DNA of 64,000 nucleotides from Spirochaetia bacterium (lineage in GTDB: Bacteria > Spirochaetota > Spirochaetia > SZUA-6 > Bin103). The stretch's first letter is position 1. Each line of letters begins with the position of its first letter. The stretch covers positions 1,280,001 through 1,344,000 of the forward strand of contig OZ241907.1 in assembly GCA_965203515.1 (NCBI GenBank), given 5' to 3'. Below, piece by piece: positions 49,018 to 57,865 of the stretch. Made by a program: the position numbers and the translations under genes. Below the pieces are notes generated by a model. That model was given only the letters and a program-made list of their open reading frames with translations. It did no database searches and was not told the origin of the DNA.

Positions 49018-49950
49018 TCATCCCTTGATCGCCCCGATCATGGCCCCCTTGACGAAGTACCGCTGGATGAACGGGTACACGATCAGGATCGGCAGTGTCG
49101 AGATCACGATCACGGCGGCCTTCAGCGACTCCGTCCTGAGGCGTTCGCGCAGGCGGCGCAGATCGTCCGCCGTCTCCATCATCGCCGCCTGCGTCTCTGC
49201 CATCTCCTGGAGCTGGGTCGTGGCGATCAGGTTGCGCAGCACCACCTGCAAGGGGTACTTCTTGACGTCGGAAAGATACATGACCGGTCCGAAGTAGTGG
49301 TTCCACTGCGTGATCGCGGCCCAGAGCGCCACGGTGGCGATGATCGCCTTCGACAGCGGCACCACCACGCCGGCGAAGATCTGCAGGTCGTTGGCGCCGT
49401 CGATGACCGCCGACTCGATCAGCTCCTCGGCGATCTGCTCCATCGACGTGCGCAGCATGATCAGATAGAAGAAGCTCACCATCCCCGGCAGCATGAACGC
49501 CCACATCGTGTCGAGCAGACCGAGCCGCTGCACGACCACGTAGGTCGGGATGATGCCGCCGCTGAAGAACCAGGGGAGCAGAAACAGTATCAGCAATGCC
49601 CGGCGCGCCTTGAACCGGCGCCGTGACAGCGCGTACGCGGCGCCGGCGGTGACGGCCAACAGCAACGCCGTGTAGACCGACGTGTAGACGATCGAGTTCC
49701 GGAACCCGCGCACGACCTCGCCGTATTCGATGACCGCCTTGTAGGTGGCCAGCGTAACCGATCGCGGATAGAGGAAGACCGGGTTGCGGAGTATCTCCTG
49801 CGGGTCGCTCATCGAGCTGAACGCGACCATCAGGAACGGATACAGGGTGACGTAGACCACCACCAGCAGGCCGGCGCCGAGCGCCACGTCGAAGACGCCG
49901 ATCCGCCGCGGCCGGCCGGCGGACGATGCGCGGAGCGCCGCGTCACCCAT
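49018..49950 (-). CDS. Carbohydrate ABC permease
   Basis: GGIIPTY, ESAVIDGAND, YPFIQRYFVKG. Confidence 0.9.
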   Translation of the reverse strand: MGDAALRASSAGRPRRIGVFDVALGAGLLVVVYVTLYPFLMVAFSSMSDPQEILRNPVFLYPRSVTLATYKAVIEYGEVVRGFRNSIVYTSVYTALLLAVTAGAAYALSRRRFKARRALLILFLLPWFFSGGIIPTYVVVQRLGLLDTMWAFMLPGMVSFFYLIMLRTSMEQIAEELIESAVIDGANDLQIFAGVVVPLSKAIIATVALWAAITQWNHYFGPVMYLSDVKKYPLQVVLRNLIATTQLQEMAETQAAMMETADDLRRLRERLRTESLKAAVIVISTLPILIVYPFIQRYFVKGAMIGAIKG

Positions 49951-49965
49951 GCCCGCCTCCCGCCA

Positions 49966-50949
49966 TCAGAAGATCCGCTTGCCGAAGAACCGCCCGGACG
50001 CCGCGTTGGCGCCGAGCAGCAGCAGCACGTTGACGGCCGTCTGCCAGAAGCCGACCGCGGCGCCGTAGCTGTATTGGGGAATGCCGCCGTCGATCGCCAG
50101 GCCGCGCCGATAGGTATAGGTCTCGATCGTCATCGACACTTCGTAGGTGAGCGGATTCTGCAGCAACAACACCTTTTCGGTGCTGGTGCCGTTCATCAGG
50201 GAACCGACGTTGAAGATCAGCAGCACCGCGATCGCCGGCATCAGCGACGGCAGGGTGACGTGCCGCATGCAGCCGAACCGGCCGGCCCCGTCGATCGTCG
50301 CCGCCTCGTACAGCTCGGGATTGATGCCGGCGATCGTGGCGATGTAGAAGACCGCCACGAAGCCGGTCGTCTGCCAGATGTGCGTGGTGACGTAGATCGG
50401 CCGGAACCAGCCCGGGTCGATCATGAAGTACTCCGGCTCCGCGCCGAACAGCAGCGCGCGGAGCGCGTTCACCGCGCCGTTTTCATCCGGCGTCAACAGC
50501 AGCATCACCATGCCTACCACGATCGCGTTGGACAGAAAATACGGCAGCATGCTCACGGTCTGCACCAGCTTCCGGCAGGACCGGTTGAGCACTTCGTTGA
50601 GGACCAGGGCGAACAGGATCGGAACCGGGAAGCTCCACAGCAGTTGATAGAGGCTCAGGAGCACGGAGTTGCGTATCACCCTGACCGCCGACGGAGCGGA
50701 GAAGAAGTCGATGAAGTGCTCCAGGCCGACCCAGCGGCTCCGGAAGAAACCGCGGACGGGCGAGTAGTCCTGGAACGCCATGACCACGCCGATCATCGGC
50801 AGGTAGTTGAACAGGACGACCACCACCACCGCCGGCGCCACCAGCAGATAGAGGTAGCGGTCCGCCTTCAGGTCGCTGAGGAAGGTGCCCGTCGGGCGCG
50901 CCGCAATGCCGTCCGCACGGACGGAAGACGCGGCAGGAGACTCTTGCAT
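49966..50949 (-). CDS. Carbohydrate ABC permease
   Basis: YLPMIGVVMAFQDY, LYEAATIDGA. Confidence 0.88.
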   Translation of the reverse strand: MQESPAASSVRADGIAARPTGTFLSDLKADRYLYLLVAPAVVVVVLFNYLPMIGVVMAFQDYSPVRGFFRSRWVGLEHFIDFFSAPSAVRVIRNSVLLSLYQLLWSFPVPILFALVLNEVLNRSCRKLVQTVSMLPYFLSNAIVVGMVMLLLTPDENGAVNALRALLFGAEPEYFMIDPGWFRPIYVTTHIWQTTGFVAVFYIATIAGINPELYEAATIDGAGRFGCMRHVTLPSLMPAIAVLLIFNVGSLMNGTSTEKVLLLQNPLTYEVSMTIETYTYRRGLAIDGGIPQYSYGAAVGFWQTAVNVLLLLGANAASGRFFGKRIF

Positions 50950-51076
50950 GTGGCGTGACCGGCGCCCTGCCGGACCTTGCGGCTCCCGACAAGAGCGCGT
51001 TCGACGCGCCGATCCTGCCACGGTTCCGGCGCCGGTGCAACACTCCCCGTGATATGCTCCCGGGCGGAGGTGAGCC

Positions 51077-51877
51077 ATGGAACGGGTCGAGCGACTGCTC
51101 AACGAGCTGTACATCAACGGATTCGCGGTGATGGAGGACGCCATCCCCATCCCCGTGATCGAGCGCATCCACGCGGCGTTCCTGCCGATGCTGGATCACG
51201 TCAGGCGCCGCGAGCAGGAGCTGGGTCATCCCGAACGGGGCGACATCCGCATCGGCTGCGGCCGCCTGCAGCACCCCAACCGCTACACCATGCAGTGGCC
51301 GTGGGAGGACGGACTGGCCTGTCCGGAGATCGCCGAGCACCCCACCCTGCTGGCGCTGCTGGAGGCGTACTGGCAGACCGACGACTTCCAGGTGACGTGT
51401 CTGCACTCCAACAACCCCTACCCCGGCTCGGTCCATCAGAACTGGCATCGCGACATCCAGCTCATGGCCCCGCACACGGCGATGGCGCGGGTGCCGCACT
51501 TCGGCGTCAAGTTCCCGCTGGTCGACACCGGCGTGGAGAACGGCAGCTTCGAGGTGTTGCCGTCGACGCAGTTCCTGGCCGACCCGAAGCTCGAAGGCGA
51601 CTATGACGACATCATCGAGGGCGGCTCGTACCCGCACCGGACGCGGGTCAACATGAAGCGCGGCACCCTGTGGGTGCAGGACCCGCGCGCGCTCCACCGC
51701 GGCACCCCGAATCGATCCGAGGCGCCGAGGCCGGAGCTGGTGATCTGCTATTCGCTGCGCTGGGCGGCGCCGCTCATGACGCGGCCGCTCTGGGTCGGCT
51801 CGCGCGAGTTCGAGGAGCTCTCCGAGCGCGGCCGCAAGCTGTTCGAACGGGCGACGATCCTGCCCGATCCGGCGTAG
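51077..51877 (+). CDS. PhyH-family Fe/2OG dioxygenase
   Basis: NGFAV, QNWHRD, NGSFEVLPST, LHRGTPNRS..PR; SD GGAGGT. Confidence 0.85.
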   Translation: MERVERLLNELYINGFAVMEDAIPIPVIERIHAAFLPMLDHVRRREQELGHPERGDIRIGCGRLQHPNRYTMQWPWEDGLACPEIAEHPTLLALLEAYWQTDDFQVTCLHSNNPYPGSVHQNWHRDIQLMAPHTAMARVPHFGVKFPLVDTGVENGSFEVLPSTQFLADPKLEGDYDDIIEGGSYPHRTRVNMKRGTLWVQDPRALHRGTPNRSEAPRPELVICYSLRWAAPLMTRPLWVGSREFEELSERGRKLFERATILPDPA

Positions 51878-51893
51878 CGCTCGCTTCGCGCGG

Positions 51894-53396
51894 TCAGAAC
51901 GGCGGCCGTTGGCCCGGACGGCTGGCGGAGCGGATGAGGGCGACCCGGTCCTGGTGGGCGCGCACCTGCGCGTCGACGGCCGCCGCGTCCCAGCGGGCGA
52001 GCAGCGCGCCGCGCAACTCGGCTTCGATCTCCCCCGCCGCCGGATCGCCGGCGCGGTTGCGGAACTCGCCCGGATCCTGCCGCAGGTCGTACAGCTCCAC
52101 CTCGGGGTCGTCGCCGCCCGACATGCAGAGCTTCCACGGGCCGCGGCGCAACATGGCGCGCGGCCGGTCGGTGCCGTGCGAGGTCTGCTCCGCGAACGCC
52201 TCGTCCGGCCAGGCGCCGACCGCTTCGGCCGAGCCGTCGATCAGGCCGGCGAGGCTGCGGCCGTCCAGCCCCAGCCCCGGCCGCGCCGCCCCGGCGGCAT
52301 CGACCAGCGTGGCCGTGACGTCGACCAGCGAGGCGCACGCCGCGATCCGCTCGCCGGCGACGCCGCGCCCCGGCCAGCGGATCTGCAGCGGCACGCGGGC
52401 CGACTGCTCGTAGAACGACATCTTGCGCCAGAGCCCGTGCTCGCCGAGCAGCTCCCCGTGGTCGCTGGTGTGGATCACGATCGTATTCTCGGCGAGTCCG
52501 GTCCGGTCCAGGACGTCGAGCAGCGCGCCGAGCTTGTCGTCGGCGTAGCTCACCAGCCCGTAATAGGCCGCCCGCGCGCGGCGCACCTGATCGTCGGCGT
52601 GGCCGTGGAACCCGAAGGCGCGGCGCAGGCGCCGCGCGGCCGGCGGCAGCGCCTGCAGATGGCCGGGCGGCAGGTCGGGCAGGTCGGCGTGATCCGGGAA
52701 GTAGCGCGAGAACCAGGGCTCCGGCACCACGAACGGATAGTGCGGCGCGATCAGTCCCACGCACAGGGCGAACGGCGCGTCGGCGCGGTCGCGCCCGCGC
52801 AGGAAGTCGATCGCCCGCTCCACCGCCAAGTCGTCGGCTTCGATCTCGGGCGTGGTCCCCGGCCCGGTCTCGACGACCCGCTCCATCGGCGCGTCGGCGC
52901 CGGCCTCCGCTCCGAAGCGGCGGCCGTGCTCCGGCACCCGCGAGCCGGTGCGCGTCACGCCGGCCCACGGCTCGGCCGCTTCCGGGATGCCCTCCGCCCA
53001 GCGGTAGACCGGGTGGACCAGATCGGCATGCAGATCGACGGCGAGCTGGCGCTCGAAGCCGTGCAGCCGGTCCGGCCCGATGAGATGCATCTTGCCGGAC
53101 AGCACCGCCTCATAGCCCTGCGCGCGCAGCAGATACGGCCACGTGACCGCGTCGACCGGCAGCGCCGCGGCGTTGTCCCAGCCGCCGCAGCGGTGCGTGT
53201 AGCGCCCGGTCATGAACGACAGCCGCGACGGAACGCACAACGGGTTGTTGCAGTAGGCGGCATCGAACGTGACCCCCTCCCGGGCCAGCCGGTCCATGGC
53301 CGGCGTGGCGATGAACGGATGGCCGTAGGCGCCGGCAAACTGCGCCCCGTGCTCGTCGGTCATGACGAGCAGGATGTTCGGCCGCGGGGCGGTCAC
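51894..53396 (-). CDS. Sulfatase (choline-sulfatase-like)
   Basis: PNILLVMTDEH, CVPSRLSFMTG, GKMH, TSDHGE.LGEHGLWRK. Confidence 0.88.
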   Translation of the reverse strand: MTAPRPNILLVMTDEHGAQFAGAYGHPFIATPAMDRLAREGVTFDAAYCNNPLCVPSRLSFMTGRYTHRCGGWDNAAALPVDAVTWPYLLRAQGYEAVLSGKMHLIGPDRLHGFERQLAVDLHADLVHPVYRWAEGIPEAAEPWAGVTRTGSRVPEHGRRFGAEAGADAPMERVVETGPGTTPEIEADDLAVERAIDFLRGRDRADAPFALCVGLIAPHYPFVVPEPWFSRYFPDHADLPDLPPGHLQALPPAARRLRRAFGFHGHADDQVRRARAAYYGLVSYADDKLGALLDVLDRTGLAENTIVIHTSDHGELLGEHGLWRKMSFYEQSARVPLQIRWPGRGVAGERIAACASLVDVTATLVDAAGAARPGLGLDGRSLAGLIDGSAEAVGAWPDEAFAEQTSHGTDRPRAMLRRGPWKLCMSGGDDPEVELYDLRQDPGEFRNRAGDPAAGEIEAELRGALLARWDAAAVDAQVRAHQDRVALIRSASRPGQRPPF

Positions 53397-54130
53397 GGCT
53401 TGCCGCCGGCGACGCGGATGTTGGCGCAGGAGACGAAGCCGGCTGCCGGCGACAGCAGCCAGACGATCGCCTCGGCCACCTCTTCCGGTTCGCCGGCGCG
53501 TCCGGCCGGTACGACGCGCGTCGCGCGCTCCAGCGCTTCCGGACGGGGCATCGCCGTGCGGATCGGGCCGGGGCTCACGGCGTTGACGCGCACGCCTTCG
53601 GCCATCACCTCCTGAGCCACGCCGGTGGTGAAGCTGTTGAGAGCGCCCTTGGTGACCGCGTAATGGACGGCGGTCCCCGGTTCGCCGACGTACGCGGCGC
53701 CGGACGAGACGTTGACGATCGCGCCGCCCGTGCCGCCGTTCACGATCGACATGCGCCGCAGCGCCTGCTGCGTGCAGTGGACGACGCCCATGACGTTGAC
53801 CGCCAGCAGCCGCTCCAGGTCGGCGGGGTTCAGGTCGGCCACCCGCGCGCTCGGCCCCAGCATGGCGGCGTTGTTGACCAAGGCCGTGACCGTTCCCAGC
53901 TCCCGGTCCACGGCGGCGAACAGGCGCGCCACGTCGTCCGCGCTGCTCACGTCGGCATAGACCGCGATCGCCCGGCCGCCGGCGGCCTCGATCTCCGCGC
54001 ACAGCGCGCGCGCCCGCTCCGGCTCGGTGCGATAGTTCACGCAGACGCGGTAGCCGCGCGCGGCCAGCAGGCGCGCGGTCGCCGCGCCGATCCCGCGGCT
54101 GGCTCCGGTCACGATGGCGACTTCATCCAC
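53393..54130 (-). CDS. Short-chain dehydrogenase/reductase
   Basis: TGASRGIG, NNAA, NVSS, YAVTK, NAVSPG. Confidence 0.9.
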   Translation of the reverse strand: MDEVAIVTGASRGIGAATARLLAARGYRVCVNYRTEPERARALCAEIEAAGGRAIAVYADVSSADDVARLFAAVDRELGTVTALVNNAAMLGPSARVADLNPADLERLLAVNVMGVVHCTQQALRRMSIVNGGTGGAIVNVSSGAAYVGEPGTAVHYAVTKGALNSFTTGVAQEVMAEGVRVNAVSPGPIRTAMPRPEALERATRVVPAGRAGEPEEVAEAIVWLLSPAAGFVSCANIRVAGGKP

Positions 54131-55901
54131 GCTGCAAACCTCCGTTCGGTGATAGAGTGCCGCTGACCTCGATCGTGATGTCGTCCACGTAGAAGCCGCC
54201 GGCATCGCCGAGCGCCACGACGATGGAAGCGAACGCGGCGTGGCGCCGGTAGGTGTCGTCGGGCACTACCGCGGCCCAGGGAGCGGGGCGCCCGGCGCGG
54301 GCGCCGGCGGCTGCGGGCCGGGTGGCGATCTCGACCCGGCCCGCAGCGAGGCGGATGGTGGTGCGCCACCAGTCATCGCCGACCCGGATGCCGGACCGAT
54401 ACGGAACGCTGCGGTTGTCCCGAGCCCACAGCTCCTCGTACACCGAATCGCTGCGCAGTTCAACGATCGTGTCGGCATCCTGGTCGGCCAGGCGAAGGAT
54501 CGCCACGCGCTGCCGCCCCCGATGGGTCACGGTCATCTCCACGACTTCGCGCTCCAGGTCGTACGGCCCGACGTCGCGCCGCACCACCTCCTCCAGGCCG
54601 CCGACGTTGCGCGATCCGGTCATGCGCTCGCCATCGATCACGACGTTGTTGCCCAGCGGCCCGTAGTCGACGCGCTCCAGCCATTCGGTAGTGCCCCACA
54701 GTGCCGGGATCTGCCGCACCCATCCGGCCTGGCCGGCCAGCTTGCCGCGCCGGTAGGGGGGCGCCGCGAAGTCGATGGTCAGACGCCGCTGCGGCCGGAA
54801 CAGCTCGTCGCGGCTCAGCCGGTAGCCGCGGATCTGCGGCCGGTCGACCGGGGCGGTATCCACGACGTAGTTGACCACGTAGACGTCGCCTCCCGGCAAC
54901 TCGACCCAGTCGCCGTAGCCCTGGTCAGCATAGGGGCTGGTATCGTTGTCGATCATGCCCCAGCTCGCCGCGGGCGGGTCCGTCCGCGCCGCCGGCCGGT
55001 TCGGAATGGCGGCCAGGGCGGTGTCCGGGCGCTCCACGAAGAAGCCGAACCAGTGCTGGGGATTGAATCCCCCGACGCGATGGACCACCAACACCTCCCC
55101 GCTGGAGAGCAGCCCGGCGTTGACACGGCCGTTGATCGGCCAGTACCCGGCGGCGTACGGGCCCTCCCAGCTTCTGCCCCCGTCGCGGGAGATCGCCTTC
55201 ATGCCGGTACCCGCGGGGTTGTCGTCGCTACGGATGTACATCACGAGTTCGCCGCCGGGCATCTCCACCACGTCCCCCTCGGCGCTGGTGAAGTGGCGGT
55301 CGGCGACCACCGGGATCGCCTCCGACCACGTGCGCCCCGCGTCCTCGGAGCGATAGAGCACCTGCACGTTCTCCAGGCCGGCAACGTGGAAGTGGGAGCC
55401 GGAGAGGAATACGGTGCCGTCGCTCACCTGCTTCAGGTTGAGACTGGCCGTGATGCAGCCGGTGCGCTCAGGCCCGCTCCAGGTCGCCCCGTGATCGGTG
55501 CTGCGGTACAGCCACGCTTCCCGGAGCACGCCGTTGGCCGGATCGAAGCTCCAGTCCCAGGGCAGCCCGCGATGCGCGTACCAGCGCTCGGACGGGCCCC
55601 GCAGCGTGTCGGTCTTGTTCCAGTCGACCCCAAGCAGCAGCGAGTCGTCGTGCAGCCTGATGATCGATCGGCACATCAGGTACCCGGACTCGGGGCGGTC
55701 CATCAGCGTGTCGACCACGATCGGCTCGGACCAGGTGGCGCCCTCGTCCTCGCTCAGACGCACCACCGCGCTGGGCACCGCGCCGCCCCCGTGCCGGTCG
55801 GCCTCGGCGTAGCAGCAGACCAGCGCGCCGTTGGCGGCCATGCAGATGCCGGGCCACGCTTCGTGGTAGCGGTCGTCGCGTGACACGGTGAATCGTTGCA
55901 T
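54123..55901 (-). CDS. Sialidase-like BNR/Asp-box beta-propeller with C-terminal beta-sandwich
   Basis: Four Asp boxes: SEDEGATWS, STDHGATWS, SEDAGRTWS, SRDGGRSWE. Confidence 0.8.
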   Translation of the reverse strand: MQRFTVSRDDRYHEAWPGICMAANGALVCCYAEADRHGGGAVPSAVVRLSEDEGATWSEPIVVDTLMDRPESGYLMCRSIIRLHDDSLLLGVDWNKTDTLRGPSERWYAHRGLPWDWSFDPANGVLREAWLYRSTDHGATWSGPERTGCITASLNLKQVSDGTVFLSGSHFHVAGLENVQVLYRSEDAGRTWSEAIPVVADRHFTSAEGDVVEMPGGELVMYIRSDDNPAGTGMKAISRDGGRSWEGPYAAGYWPINGRVNAGLLSSGEVLVVHRVGGFNPQHWFGFFVERPDTALAAIPNRPAARTDPPAASWGMIDNDTSPYADQGYGDWVELPGGDVYVVNYVVDTAPVDRPQIRGYRLSRDELFRPQRRLTIDFAAPPYRRGKLAGQAGWVRQIPALWGTTEWLERVDYGPLGNNVVIDGERMTGSRNVGGLEEVVRRDVGPYDLEREVVEMTVTHRGRQRVAILRLADQDADTIVELRSDSVYEELWARDNRSVPYRSGIRVGDDWWRTTIRLAAGRVEIATRPAAAGARAGRPAPWAAVVPDDTYRRHAAFASIVVALGDAGGFYVDDITIEVSGTLSPNGGLQRG

Positions 55902-56004
55902 CGCCCCTCCCCTGCGTTCGCGTCGCTCGAACGCCCCGATACTACCGCTTCCAGTCCTCGGGTGTGTACCATCGCGCGGCGCCATCCGCTATCGTTTGCT
56001 GACG

Positions 56005-57777
56005 ATGCCGCATCTCGACCTCTACGCCGACCGGTGGCTGCGCAGCAGCCCCACGTATCTGCACGCCATGGACCGGTGCACGCCGCGGTCCGCGCTGGCC
56101 GCGGACGCCGCCCGCGGCCGTTGGCGCCTGCTCCCGTACCGCAGCCGGGCGGTGTCCGGCACCGCCATCGTCGCCGGTCAGGAGACCGAAGCGCCGCCGG
56201 TGCGGCTGGCCGTGAACGCCCGCGGCTGGCATGCCGTCTCCATCGGCGTGTGGCGGCTGAAATCCTGGTACTTCGGGTTCCACGACGACGCCGGACCGGC
56301 GCAGCTACTGGTCCGCTGCGCCGGTGAACCGACCTGGTCGATCATGCATCTGCCGACGCTGCCGCCGCCGCGCGATCCGATCGCCGACTGGGACCGACAC
56401 ACCGGCGGTGAGGAGTTGACCGAGTGCTTCTGGCGGATCGCCGAGCTGCGCGGCGCCGACCTGGAGTTCGGGCAGGCGCGATGGCTGGAAACCTCCCGTG
56501 ACGGGGAGGAGCGCGCGCGCTGCGCGATCGCCAGCGTCGCCTACGTGAAGCTGGTACCGCTCACCGATGCCGAGGTGCGCCGCTTCACGACGGAGCGCAC
56601 GGCCCCGCGGCTTGCCCTGTTCGGCCATAACGACGTGGCCCTGACCCGTTCCAACACAGCGGAGGAGCTGCGCCGGCACGTCACCGGCTATGCCGATACC
56701 GACTTCACGCGCATCTATTGGGAAGGCGCGATGGGCGATCTCGCCTACTACTTCGAGACGCGCTTTCGCACGCCCGAGGCGCCGGGCCGCGCGGACTTCC
56801 TGCACGCCTCGGCACGCGACGAGGCGGCCTGCTTCCGGCGCTGGCGCGCTGCCGGCAACGACCCCATGCGCGTGGCCGGCGAACAGACGCACGCCATCGG
56901 CCTGGAGTTCCACGCGTGCCACCGGCTCGGTGGCTTTCACCTGCCGCCGCCGCATGATTACTACAACCACGGCGATACGCTGTACGACCGCCATCCGGAG
57001 TGGCGGGGGCGCGACCGCTCCGGCAATCCCAGCCCGTTGCTGTCGTTCTCATACCCGGAGGTACGCGGGCACGTGGTGGAGATGTTCCGGGAGATGACCG
57101 CCTATGAGATCGACGGCATCTGCCTGCTCTACAACCGGCGTCACCCGATCGTGGAGTACGAGCCGCCGCTGATCGACGGCTTTCGCGAACAGCACGGCGC
57201 GGACCCCCGAAAGCTCGATCCGGCCGATCCGACGTGGCTGCGCTATCGCGCGGGCGTGCTTACGACCTTCATGCGCGAGCTCCGCACGGCGATCGACCTG
57301 CCGGTCACGGCCATCGTCATGAGCGGCGAGGCGGAGAACCTCGCCAACGGCCTCGACCCGCAGGCGTGGTTGGCCGCCGGCCTGGTCGACACCCTGGTAC
57401 CGTTCACCGACCTGCCGGAGCTCAACATGACCGCGCGCCCCTGGCGCGACCCGAGCGCGCTCGCACCGTACGCGCGCCTCACCGCCAGCACCGACTGCCT
57501 GCTGGCGCCGTGCATCGATCATGCGGACATGGATCCGGCAGCGCTGCGGCGGACCGCCGCTGGTCTGGCCGGACAGGGAGCGGACGCGCTGTTCTTCTGG
57601 AACGGGATGGTGGAGCCGCTGATCCATTACGGCCCCGCGTGGACGGCGGCGCGGGACCTGGGGCGCGTCGATGAGATCGCCGCCTGGCAGCGCGCCGGCG
57701 AGCCGTCGCTGGCAGCGCCGGTGATCGAGCTTCAGAGCCTCGGCGACTGGGATTGCCGCTACGTGACGCCAGCGTGA
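56005..57777 (+). CDS. GH-like TIM-barrel protein (GHL10/DUF187-like)
   Basis: GLEFHACHR, HPEW, SFSYPEVR, YEIDGI, LTTFMRELR, GLVD. Confidence 0.65.
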   Translation: MPHLDLYADRWLRSSPTYLHAMDRCTPRSALAADAARGRWRLLPYRSRAVSGTAIVAGQETEAPPVRLAVNARGWHAVSIGVWRLKSWYFGFHDDAGPAQLLVRCAGEPTWSIMHLPTLPPPRDPIADWDRHTGGEELTECFWRIAELRGADLEFGQARWLETSRDGEERARCAIASVAYVKLVPLTDAEVRRFTTERTAPRLALFGHNDVALTRSNTAEELRRHVTGYADTDFTRIYWEGAMGDLAYYFETRFRTPEAPGRADFLHASARDEAACFRRWRAAGNDPMRVAGEQTHAIGLEFHACHRLGGFHLPPPHDYYNHGDTLYDRHPEWRGRDRSGNPSPLLSFSYPEVRGHVVEMFREMTAYEIDGICLLYNRRHPIVEYEPPLIDGFREQHGADPRKLDPADPTWLRYRAGVLTTFMRELRTAIDLPVTAIVMSGEAENLANGLDPQAWLAAGLVDTLVPFTDLPELNMTARPWRDPSALAPYARLTASTDCLLAPCIDHADMDPAALRRTAAGLAGQGADALFFWNGMVEPLIHYGPAWTAARDLGRVDEIAAWQRAGEPSLAAPVIELQSLGDWDCRYVTPA

Positions 57778-57865
57778 CCACGCCAAACGTCCCAGAGTCC
57801 CCCTCGTCTGTGATCGCCGGTGAGCGCGGCGCTGCGAGTCGCCGCCGCTCACCGGCCCGGGCGTC

